64,000 bases of DNA from an uncultured Trueperaceae bacterium. GTDB lineage: Bacteria; Deinococcota; Deinococci; Deinococcales; Trueperaceae. The position numbers and the translations under genes are program-made. The stretch's first letter is position 1; every line of letters starts with the position of its first letter. The notes under the pieces are model-generated. The model saw nothing but the letters and a program-made list of their open reading frames with translations, was not told where the DNA came from and did not search any database. Below are positions 1 to 8,213 of this stretch, piece after piece. The DNA lies in assembly GCA_963727505.1 (NCBI GenBank), contig CAVSGP010000014.1, positions 71,499 to 135,498 of the forward strand, read 5' to 3'.

Positions 1-443
1 CAGGGCAGGGCCGCGGGCACGGAGGCGGGAACCTCGAAGGGGCCGACAGCGATGCGGCCGCCGGACGTCGGCGTGAGCTCGATCCGGTAGCGGCGCAACG
101 CGACCGGAAGGGCTGCGATCCAGGCCGTGTGCCCACGCGCCTGCGCCTGACGCGCCATCGCCACGGGCGCACCGCGCACGGACCCGTCGCTCAGGTCCTG
201 CACGGAGGCCGCTGCCAGCGTGTCGGCATCGACACGGATGCGCAGGTACAGGTGGCCGTCGGCGAGCGAGAGGTCGGCGGGGTCCGTCGGATCGTGCCCG
301 AACCCCAGCGCGGCCGCGGCGGGAGGCGTCGCGGCCGCGGCCCGGGAGAATGCGGCCGCACCCACCAGGAGCGTCGCCAGCAGGAGGGCCAGGTACACGG
401 GGCGCGGCCCCTGCTGGACGGTCGAGGGCCTGAAGCGGGGCAT
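1..443 (-). CDS. N-terminal part (truncated by window) of a secreted protein, probably a second GH13 alpha-amylase/neopullulanase-like enzyme
   Basis: Not in ORF track. ATG at 443 overlaps the upstream stop (TGATG). Reads MPRFRPSTVQQGPRPVYLALLLATLLVGAAAFSRAAAA...HDPTDPADLSLADGHLYLRIRV...PAALP with no stop to the window edge; signal peptide plus CBM34-like 'HDP...LYLRIR' pattern; lies in the mal operon. Confidence 0.6.
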   Translation of the reverse strand, partial: MPRFRPSTVQQGPRPVYLALLLATLLVGAAAFSRAAAATPPAAAALGFGHDPTDPADLSLADGHLYLRIRVDADTLAAASVQDLSDGSVRGAPVAMARQAQARGHTAWIAALPVALRRYRIELTPTSGGRIAVGPFEVPASVPAALP

Positions 444-2278
444 CACGGTACCTCCGGCCGGGCCTCGGGCCGGACGAGCGCGAGCCCATCAACGGAGCGT
501 TCCCCGGCCACGGCCTTGCCGCCGTCGAGAAGGTCGCGGCAGGGCGGCAACCGCACGGTGGCAGGCTCGGGCGCGGCGAAGGCCCACACCTCGTCCCCCT
601 GGTAGCGCCGGCGGTAGGCCAGCACGCGCGGCGGGTAGGCGGGCCCGCCCGCGTCAGGGTCGGTGCTGGGCAGGGGAGCCAGACCGCCACGGCGCAACAC
701 CGCCATGGACCGTCGAAGGCCGATGAGGAAGCGCAGGTGATCGCGCAGCTCCAGGTCCCACGCGTTCCGGTCCCAGGGGAAGGTGCCGCGGCACATCGGG
801 TCCCCGCGGAAGTCCTGGTATCCGTTGGCCTGGTCGAGCCCGATCTCGTCACCGTAGTACACGCTAGGACTGCCGGGAAAGGTGAGCAGGACTCCGTACG
901 CCAGCTTCAGCCGCTCGCGGTCGCCCCGAAGGCGCCACAGGGCGCGCGGGATGTCGTGCGAGGAGACGAGCGTCAACATGGTCTGGCGCACGCCCAGTGG
1001 GAGGGCGGCGTAGTGGTCCCAGAGGGCGTGCCAGGCGGCGGCGGCCGTGACCTCCGCCGGTGAACCGTACACGTCGCTGCCGCACAGCCAGTCCATGACG
1101 GGGTGGGTGAAGCCGGCGTAGTGCATGGAACCGTCCAGCGTGTGGCGCCGCAGGGTCGGGACGGTGTCGAACGACAGCTCGCCGAAGACCCAGGCCTCCT
1201 CGTTCTCCTCGCGGGCAACGCGGTGGACGGTCCTCAGCAGGGCTTCGTTCGCGCGCGCCGTGCCGCCCTCGCCGATCTGGTGGGCGACGTCCAGGCGCCA
1301 GCCATCGATGTCGCGCCGGAGCCAGTGCCGCACCGGGGCGCGAGGCCCCTCCAGGAAGCGCTCGCGCGCCAGCGGCGAGGCGTAGTCGATCTTGGGCAGG
1401 GTGTGAACGTCGTAGAACGCGGCGTAGTCGCCACCGGGACGGAAGGTGAACATCTCGCGCTGTGGGGATGCGGGGTCCGAGAGTGCGGCAAGGAAGTCGG
1501 GGTGGCGGTGGCCGGTGTGGTTGAAGACCCCGTCCAGCACCAGCCGCATGCCGCGGGCGTGGAGGCCCTCCAGCAGAGCCTCGAAGGCGGTGTCGCCGCC
1601 GAGATGCGGATCGACGCGGAGGTAGTCGACGGTGTCGTAGCGGTGACTCGACTCCGCCTGGAAGATGGGGGTCAGATAGAGGGTCTCGATCCCGAGCTCG
1701 TGGAGCTCGTCGAGTGCCGCGACGATGCCCCACAGGTCACCGCCGTAGATCTCGAGCTGACCCTGGCGCGGGTCGGGCGGCGCGCTCCAGGCCTTGGCCA
1801 CGATCGGCCGGCCGTCGAACGTCCACTCGCCGCTCGCCGGCGCGGGGTCGGCGCTTCCCCTGCGGAAGCGGTCGGGGAAGATCTGGTAGACGGTCGTGCC
1901 GACCGCCCACTCCGGTACGGTGGGTTGGGCCGGCAGGTGGAAGAAGCGATCGTAGCGGGGCAGCACGCTCTCGACGCCGTGGCTCGCCAGGTAGCCGTGG
2001 GGAAGCCGGAAGACGTAGCGGAGCGGCGACGCATGCATGCCTACACTCGCCTCTAGGCCCCCGTCGACTCGTCGAAGGGGGAGGCGCGCGAGCTCGCCGT
2101 GATGCTCGACCGTCAGCCAGCCGTTGGGCGCGTCCGTGCGTACGCGCAGGCGGACCGTCTGGCCCAGCTCGGGCCGCAGCGGCTCGATGCAGAACGGCTC
2201 CCAGTCGTGGTAGGCGTCACCCGCTGGCGCGGCGGTGTCCCGGGGCGGGATGCGACGGCTCCGCGGAGCGCCGCTCAC
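443..2278 (-). CDS. malZ: GH13 maltodextrin glucosidase / neopullulanase-family glycosidase
   Basis: YQIFPDRF, HRYDTVDY, LDGVFNHTG, DGWRLDVA, SSHD, YYGDEIG motifs; start re-assigned to GTG 2278 overlapping the malG stop. Confidence 0.88.
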   Translation of the reverse strand: MSGAPRSRRIPPRDTAAPAGDAYHDWEPFCIEPLRPELGQTVRLRVRTDAPNGWLTVEHHGELARLPLRRVDGGLEASVGMHASPLRYVFRLPHGYLASHGVESVLPRYDRFFHLPAQPTVPEWAVGTTVYQIFPDRFRRGSADPAPASGEWTFDGRPIVAKAWSAPPDPRQGQLEIYGGDLWGIVAALDELHELGIETLYLTPIFQAESSHRYDTVDYLRVDPHLGGDTAFEALLEGLHARGMRLVLDGVFNHTGHRHPDFLAALSDPASPQREMFTFRPGGDYAAFYDVHTLPKIDYASPLARERFLEGPRAPVRHWLRRDIDGWRLDVAHQIGEGGTARANEALLRTVHRVAREENEEAWVFGELSFDTVPTLRRHTLDGSMHYAGFTHPVMDWLCGSDVYGSPAEVTAAAAWHALWDHYAALPLGVRQTMLTLVSSHDIPRALWRLRGDRERLKLAYGVLLTFPGSPSVYYGDEIGLDQANGYQDFRGDPMCRGTFPWDRNAWDLELRDHLRFLIGLRRSMAVLRRGGLAPLPSTDPDAGGPAYPPRVLAYRRRYQGDEVWAFAAPEPATVRLPPCRDLLDGGKAVAGERSVDGLALVRPEARPEVP

Positions 2279-3591
2279 TCCTTGACCGCCCCCGCCGTGT
2301 AGCCCGACACGAAGTAGCGCTGGAAGCCGTAGAAGACCGCCAGGATGGGGAGCGACCCGAGCACGCTGGCCGCGGCGAACACCCCCCAGCGGGTGCTGAA
2401 GCTCCCGGTGGTGAAGTTGTAAAGGCCGATGCCCACCGTCCACGATTTTACGCCGGTCAGCACCAGGCTGGCCAGCACGAACTCGGAGTAGGTGCCTACG
2501 AACTGCAACAGGAAGATGAACACGAACATCGGCGCGGAGAGGGGCAGCAGCACGCGCAGGAAGGCCTGGAAACGGGAGGCACCATCGATCATGGCAGCCT
2601 CCTCCAGGCTCGGGCTCAGCGACTCCACGTACCCCTTGAACACCCAGGTGCCGAAGCTGATCACGCCCCCGGAGTAGGCCAGCAACAGGCCGGAGAAGGT
2701 GTTGATGAGGTCGAGGGTGCTGAGCAGGTAGTAGATGGCGATGAGGGCGAGGAATCCGGGGAACATCTGGATGAACACGAACACCATCAACATGCCGTAG
2801 CGTCCCGGGAAGCGGAAGCGCGCGAAGGCGTAGCCGGCCGTGGCGGTCAGCAGCACCGCCAGCATGCCGGTGGCTCCCGACAACAGCAGCGTGTTCCTGG
2901 CCCACAGCACGAAGTGAGACTCGGTGCTCATGCCCGTGAACTGCGACGGCGACAACGCCATCAGCCCTCCGAAGAGCAGGACGGCGAAGGCGAGCAGGGT
3001 ACGGTTCTGCCAGCGTTCGAGGCGGTGCGCGCCGGGGGCCCAACGCCGCCCCAGGCCGAGGGCCAGGGCACCGATGAGCAGCGCCGCCAGCACCGCGATC
3101 AGGACCCACTGCCAGGCGGGCACGACCACACCCTCGATCAGCTTGGCGTAGTTCTCGAGGCTGGCCTGCGACAGGTCGGGCAGGACCTTGGCTCGGACGA
3201 GCAGGTTGCTGCTCTTGATCTGGCGGAAGCTGAACAGGTTGTTGCGGGGGTCGAAGGAAGCGCCGACGACCTGCAGCACCGGGTAGTACACGACCACGAT
3301 CAGGATCCACAGCCCCAGGTGCGTCACGCTCTGCCGGAACAGCGGCCACGGGGTGCGGGTCCGTCCGCGCGAGCGGTTGGCGAGGGAGGTGTAGATCAGG
3401 CTGTAGGCCAGCAGCGCCACCACGGCGCCGACCAGCGACAGCGTGACGGTGAGCCAGCCGTTCGCGATGAAGACGCTGCCGAACGCCTTGCTGTGCGGCA
3501 CGCTCGCTACCATCGAGCGGAACAGGAGAGCGCTGTAGACGAGCACGGCGAGGCCGATCAGCCAGCCGACCGCGATGCGCGCGAGCCTCAT
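2275..3591 (-). CDS. malG: Maltose/maltodextrin ABC permease
   Basis: Multi-TM, EAA loop 'LEEAAMIDGASRFQAF', AGYAFARFRFPGR. Confidence 0.9.
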   Translation of the reverse strand: MRLARIAVGWLIGLAVLVYSALLFRSMVASVPHSKAFGSVFIANGWLTVTLSLVGAVVALLAYSLIYTSLANRSRGRTRTPWPLFRQSVTHLGLWILIVVVYYPVLQVVGASFDPRNNLFSFRQIKSSNLLVRAKVLPDLSQASLENYAKLIEGVVVPAWQWVLIAVLAALLIGALALGLGRRWAPGAHRLERWQNRTLLAFAVLLFGGLMALSPSQFTGMSTESHFVLWARNTLLLSGATGMLAVLLTATAGYAFARFRFPGRYGMLMVFVFIQMFPGFLALIAIYYLLSTLDLINTFSGLLLAYSGGVISFGTWVFKGYVESLSPSLEEAAMIDGASRFQAFLRVLLPLSAPMFVFIFLLQFVGTYSEFVLASLVLTGVKSWTVGIGLYNFTTGSFSTRWGVFAAASVLGSLPILAVFYGFQRYFVSGYTAGAVKE

Positions 3592-4949
3592 CGCGCTTCC
3601 TCCTTGAACGCGCCGGTGATGTTGAAGTTGATGAGGCTGATGCCCACGGTCACCACGAAGATGATCAAGGCGATCGCCGACCCGAGCCCGTAGGCCGAGC
3701 CGCCCTCAGCGCGGAAGGCGGTCTTGTAGGCCCAGGAGATCAGGATGTCGGTGGAGTTGGCGGTCGCCATCCCGCCGGGGATCGCCGGGCCCCCCTGCGG
3801 GAGCAGCAGGTAGATCAGGTTGAAGTTGTTGAAGTTGAAGGCGAACGACGTCAGCAACACCGGGGTGAAGGCGGTCCTCACCAGCGGCAGGGTGATGCCG
3901 CGGAAGGCCTGCCAGGGGCTGGCGCCGTCGATCTGCGCCGACTCGTAGAGCTCGTTGGGGATGGTCGACAGCGCTCCCAGGGTGGCGGTCATCATGAAGG
4001 GGAAGCCCAGCCACAGGTTCACCAGGATGATGCCGAGCTTGGCCCAGTCGGTCTGCGTGAGCCAGGGGATGGAGTAGATGCCGAGCAATCCCAGCAGCCG
4101 ATTGACGGCGCCGAACTGCTGGTTGAGCAGCGCGTTCCACATCTGGATGGTGATGATGTTCGGCAGCGCCCAGCTGATGATCAGGGCGGTCCGGTAGAAG
4201 TTGCGGAAGCGCAACTTGGCGTCGTTGAGCACCACGCCCAGAATCAGCCCCATCAGGGCCGTGAGGAGCACGCTGGCGGCGGCGAACACCACGTTCCAGC
4301 GGAACACCGGCCACAGCGAGGTGGCGGCGTTGGACAGGATGTACGTGAAGTTCTTGAAGCCGATGAAGCGGTAGTTGCTGATCCTCGCGGCGTAGAGCTG
4401 GCCTGCCTGCGTCGAGGGAGCGAACGCCGGAACGCGGTTCAGGGTGAGCGTCATCCGCCCTTCGCCCGTCACCGTCTGCCGCGCCCGGTCGTTGCCCCGG
4501 TACACCTCCAGCTGGGCGCCCACGCAGCTGTCGCCGCACTGGAGCGCCTGGCTCGGATCGGAGGGGAAGAGCAGGGTGTCGGGCGCAACGAACGTCACGG
4601 CGGTCTCGGTGGCGCGATCGGGCCGCCCGTAGTTCTTGCCGGAGAAGTTCGTGAATGCCAGCGCCATCGTCAGCACGATGGGGTAGACGGTGAAGGCGAG
4701 CAGGAAGAGGGTGGCCGGAAGCAGATAATACCAGTCGGAAAGGAACGGGAAGCGTCGCCGGAACAGCGCCAGCATGGGCAGCAACGCCAGCCCGGTGGTG
4801 AGCAGCAGAAGATAGTTCGGCAGGTCGTGAACCCACACGCGGACGAGCCAGAACAGCAGCACGCCCACCACCACCGCCAGGCCTACGGCAGCGGTGAGGG
4901 TGGCCAGTGCGAGCAGCAGACCGCGGAATCCCGGGGGGTGTCGGGTCAT
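3588..4949 (-). CDS. malF: Maltose/maltodextrin ABC permease
   Basis: ELYESAQIDGASPWQAFRGITLP, FAFNFNNFNLIYL, TDILIS. Confidence 0.9.
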   Translation of the reverse strand: MTRHPPGFRGLLLALATLTAAVGLAVVVGVLLFWLVRVWVHDLPNYLLLLTTGLALLPMLALFRRRFPFLSDWYYLLPATLFLLAFTVYPIVLTMALAFTNFSGKNYGRPDRATETAVTFVAPDTLLFPSDPSQALQCGDSCVGAQLEVYRGNDRARQTVTGEGRMTLTLNRVPAFAPSTQAGQLYAARISNYRFIGFKNFTYILSNAATSLWPVFRWNVVFAAASVLLTALMGLILGVVLNDAKLRFRNFYRTALIISWALPNIITIQMWNALLNQQFGAVNRLLGLLGIYSIPWLTQTDWAKLGIILVNLWLGFPFMMTATLGALSTIPNELYESAQIDGASPWQAFRGITLPLVRTAFTPVLLTSFAFNFNNFNLIYLLLPQGGPAIPGGMATANSTDILISWAYKTAFRAEGGSAYGLGSAIALIIFVVTVGISLINFNITGAFKEEAR

Positions 4950-4984
4950 CGGGGTCCTCCAGAGGGGCGGGCGGCGTACGGGAA

Positions 4985-5020
4985 GCGCCCCCGACCGGCG
5001 ATCGGCCGGGCCGGGGGCGC
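4985..5020. other. Intercistronic GC-rich hairpin between malE and malF (possible mRNA-stabilising element)
   Basis: gcgcccccg (4985-4993) and cgggggcgc (5012-5020) inverted repeat. Confidence 0.4.
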
Positions 5021-5045
5021 TCGGAGTCCGTGCGGGGCCGGCGCG

Positions 5046-6248
5046 CTACTGCGCGCCGGCGATGCCCTTCTGGATCTGCGAAACGAAGTCGCTGGCGATC
5101 TGGGTGGTGTTCGAGTCCTGCTTGGCCTCGGCGAGCTTCAGGGCGTCGGCCATCGGGCCCCAGACCTTGCCCATCGCCGGCACGTTGGGCATCGGGGTGC
5201 CCAGAGCGATGGCCTCCGAGAAGCCCTTGACCACCGGATCGGACGAGAGTTGCGCGAGGGCGCTCTTGGAGACCGGGATGCGGCCGCCGGCCTGGTTGAA
5301 CGACACCTGTGACTCCGCCGTCACCAGGAACTTGGCGAAGTTGACCGCGGCGATCTTGTCCCGGGAATAGGCGTTGACGACGACGCCCTGCACGCCCACG
5401 AACGGGCCCCACGGCTGCTTGGTGCCTGGAGGGGTCGGGAACGGCATGACGCCGAAGTCGAGGTTCGCCTTCTTGTAGTCGCCCAGTGCCCACGGGCCGT
5501 TGAGGATCATGGCCAGCGCGCCGTCCTTGAAGGCCCCGTCGGCCACTCCGTAATCGACACCGTCGGGGACGAGCCCGTAGGTGTAGCGGAGGTCCTTGAT
5601 GAAGTCGAGCGCCTTGGCGCCGGCCGCTCCGCCCATCCCGATGTCGGAGGTGTTGGCGCTGCCGTCGGCGTTCTTGCCGAAGACGTAGGCGCCCTCCATG
5701 CGGAAGAATCCGTAGTTGAAGTAGGCGTCGGTCTCGTTGTAGAGGAAGCCGAAGGTGTCGCCGGTGGTGTGCTTCTTGGCGATCGCCAGGAACTCGTCCC
5801 AGTTCTTGGGCGGGTTCGGAACGAGCTTCTTGTTGTAGATGAGCGCCACGGACTCGGCGCTCATCGGCATGCCGAAGAGCTTGCCTCCGTAGGTGAAGGC
5901 GTCCACGGCGACGGACTCGAGCCCGGAGACGTAGTTCTGGGTGACATACTTGTCGAGCGGCTCCAGCACCCCGGCGACCGCCATCTCGCCCATCTGATCC
6001 TGTGGGAGGGTCACGACCAGATCGGGCCCCTTGCCCTGCGGCGCGCCAAGGATGAACTTCTGCTTGATGTCCGCGAACGGCACCGTGACGATGTTGACCG
6101 TGGTGCCGCTGGCTTTCTGGAAGCTCTGGGCGGCCGACTGAAGCCACTGGAGCTCGGGTCCGCCGAAATGGGTCCACACGGTGATGGTGCCTTGCGCGAA
6201 AACGGATCCGAACAAGGCCAAGAAGAGCGTGAACAGCACCTTCCTCAT
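5046..6248 (-). CDS. malE: Maltose/maltodextrin ABC substrate-binding protein
   Basis: Signal peptide; GPDLVV, ESVALIYNKKL, AMILNGPW, PMPNVPAMGKVW; RBS GGAGG. Confidence 0.92.
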   Translation of the reverse strand: MRKVLFTLFLALFGSVFAQGTITVWTHFGGPELQWLQSAAQSFQKASGTTVNIVTVPFADIKQKFILGAPQGKGPDLVVTLPQDQMGEMAVAGVLEPLDKYVTQNYVSGLESVAVDAFTYGGKLFGMPMSAESVALIYNKKLVPNPPKNWDEFLAIAKKHTTGDTFGFLYNETDAYFNYGFFRMEGAYVFGKNADGSANTSDIGMGGAAGAKALDFIKDLRYTYGLVPDGVDYGVADGAFKDGALAMILNGPWALGDYKKANLDFGVMPFPTPPGTKQPWGPFVGVQGVVVNAYSRDKIAAVNFAKFLVTAESQVSFNQAGGRIPVSKSALAQLSSDPVVKGFSEAIALGTPMPNVPAMGKVWGPMADALKLAEAKQDSNTTQIASDFVSQIQKGIAGAQ

Positions 6249-6287
6249 GCGGATACCTCCCCTGGGGGATCTCCTGGGAGATCCAAT

Positions 6288-6352
6288 TTTCGAAACTACA
6301 CGACGATACCAGTTCGAGCGTGGTGCGCCGTGTGGTGTTTTCCAGTGTTTTC
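6288..6352 (-). promoter_or_regulatory. Putative mal promoter/operator region
   Basis: Extended -10 TGgTATCGT on minus strand (hexamer 6303-6308), palindrome TTTCGAAA (6288-6295), GTGTTTTC direct repeat at 6335 and 6345. Confidence 0.4.
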
Positions 6353-6518
6353 GGAATCCTTGGCCAATCGCGAGCTGCGTTCGCGGCCGGGGTACCGGGG
6401 CGGCGCCGGAACCGAGGAGGGACGACGTACACTACCCGTCGCGTATGGACGGCGGAGGCAGACGACGTGAGCCCGACCCGATGGTCGGCGGGATAACGCT
6501 CGGAGAGGCGCGCCGCTC

Positions 6519-7331
6519 GTGGTGCGGCGCCTGGAGGCCGCCGGCGTGGACAGCCCCGGACCCGAGGCGTTGGCGCTGCTCGAGGCGGCCACCGGGCTCG
6601 AGCGCAGCGCCCTGATGCTGAACCCGGAACGCGAGCTGGCAGACGAGGAGAGGGTGCGCCTGCTCGACACCCTGCGTCGCCGCGTGTCGCGCGAACCCCT
6701 GCAGCACATCCTGGGCACCGCGCCCTTCTACGGGCTCGAGCTGGCGGTCGACGCCACCGTGCTCGTGCCTCGACCGGAGACCGAGCGACTGGTGGAGCTG
6801 GTCCTGGATGCGCTGCGCGGCGTCGAGCGGCCGCATGTGCTCGATGTCGGGACGGGCTGCGGTGCCATCGCGCTGGCGCTGCGCGCGGAGCGCTCCGATG
6901 CCGAGGTGGTCGCGAGCGACATCGCGCCCGAGGCGGTCGCGCTGGCACGCCGCAACGCCGGTCGCCTCGCGCTTCCGGTCCGGGTGCTGCGCTCGGACCT
7001 GCTCGCCGAGGCCGACGTCGCAACCGTGGCGGCCGGCTGCGACGTCCTGGTCGCGAACCTACCCTACCTGCCGCTCTCCGACGCGGACGCGCTGCAACCC
7101 GAGGCCGGGCACGACCCGGCGCTGGCGCTCTACGCCGGCAAGGACGGGCTCGGCGTCGCTCGCAGGCTCATCCGGCAGGCCGCCCGCCTGCTGCCGAGCG
7201 GGGCGCTGCTGGCGCTGGAGCTCGACCCGCGCAATGTCCGCAAGGCGCTCGTCGAAGTGGCGGCGTGGCGCGACGCGCGTGTGGAGCGCGACCTCCCGGG
7301 TCGAGAGCGCTACCTGCTGGCCCGTCGTTGA
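6519..7331 (+). CDS. prmC: Release factor glutamine N5-methyltransferase; the true N-terminus may lie upstream in another frame
   Basis: REPLQHILG, VLVPRPETE, LDVGTGCGAIA, ANLPY motifs. Confidence 0.9.
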   Translation: MVRRLEAAGVDSPGPEALALLEAATGLERSALMLNPERELADEERVRLLDTLRRRVSREPLQHILGTAPFYGLELAVDATVLVPRPETERLVELVLDALRGVERPHVLDVGTGCGAIALALRAERSDAEVVASDIAPEAVALARRNAGRLALPVRVLRSDLLAEADVATVAAGCDVLVANLPYLPLSDADALQPEAGHDPALALYAGKDGLGVARRLIRQAARLLPSGALLALELDPRNVRKALVEVAAWRDARVERDLPGRERYLLARR

Positions 7332-7361
7332 GCCGTTGGGGTTGCGGGCGTGGGCCCTGCG

Positions 7362-8000
7362 TCAGGCGCCGTGGTCGCGCGACGCGCGCTCGGCCCCGCC
7401 GCCCTCGCGGGGGCCCTGCCGCAACGGCGGGACCTCCGGGAAGTCCGGTGCGGCATCGAGCGGAGAATTGGAGCGCGGATGGCTGGGCCCGCGCCGTCCC
7501 GGAGGGTGCGTTCGTTCGGCGCGGCCCGGGGGGAGTACGCTCGCGAGCAGCAGGAGCGCGGCTCCGATCACGATGCTGGCGTCGGCGACGTTGAACACCG
7601 CGAAGTCGAAGCCGCGTACGTGGAAGTGGATGAAGTCCACCACGTAATGCAGGCGGAACCGGTCGATCATGTTGCCCACGGCGCCGGCGAGCACCAGCGC
7701 CAGGGCGACGCGCGTGAGCGCCGCCAGGCGTCGGCCGCTGCGCAGCAGGTACAGAGCGATCACCAGCGCTACCAGCGCCGATAGGATGCCGAGCATGACC
7801 GTGCCGTCGACGGTGAGCGGCCCGAGTTGCACGTTGAGGTTGCGGAGCATGCCGAAGGCGGCGCCGTTGTTACGGATGTGCACGATGGAGAAGCCGAGGC
7901 CGACCGACACCTCGCGGCTCCCCTCCGGCAACGCCGTCACGACCCACGCCTTGCTGATCTGGTCCGCGGCGACGAGCAGGGCCGCTAGGAACAATGCCAT
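7362..8000 (-). CDS. lspA: Signal peptidase II
   Basis: DQISK, NNGAAFG, GNMIDR, VVDF, FNVADA; start re-assigned to ATG 8000. Confidence 0.93.
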   Translation of the reverse strand: MALFLAALLVAADQISKAWVVTALPEGSREVSVGLGFSIVHIRNNGAAFGMLRNLNVQLGPLTVDGTVMLGILSALVALVIALYLLRSGRRLAALTRVALALVLAGAVGNMIDRFRLHYVVDFIHFHVRGFDFAVFNVADASIVIGAALLLLASVLPPGRAERTHPPGRRGPSHPRSNSPLDAAPDFPEVPPLRQGPREGGGAERASRDHGA

Positions 8001-8135
8001 CCCCGACAGTATAAGCGCGTCGGGCACGGCGGGCGGGGCGGCGCGCCACGTGCTCCGGCGGCGCCAGCTGCCGCTCCCGTTGCGCGGTGTTCCGCGCGCC
8101 CCGAGGGGTCCGGGACCCGCTCCTGGACCCTTCGT

Positions 8136-8166
8136 TATAGTGGGGCGCATACGTGCAAGCGTTTGC
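8136..8166 (+). promoter_or_regulatory. -10 box TATAGT and downstream LacI-family-like palindrome GCAAGCGTTTGC upstream of gdh
   Basis: TATAGT 8136-8141; near-perfect CG-centred palindrome 8155-8166. Confidence 0.45.
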
Positions 8167-8213
8167 CGGCCCGGGCCCTGGTGCGCCGACGGGCCGTTGA
8201 GAGGCGGCAGCAC

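Noticed and set aside
443..3349. 968-aa ORF suggesting a GH13 with a long N-terminal fusion
   Set aside because: The first ~357 codons overlap malG in another frame; the real start is GTG 2278.
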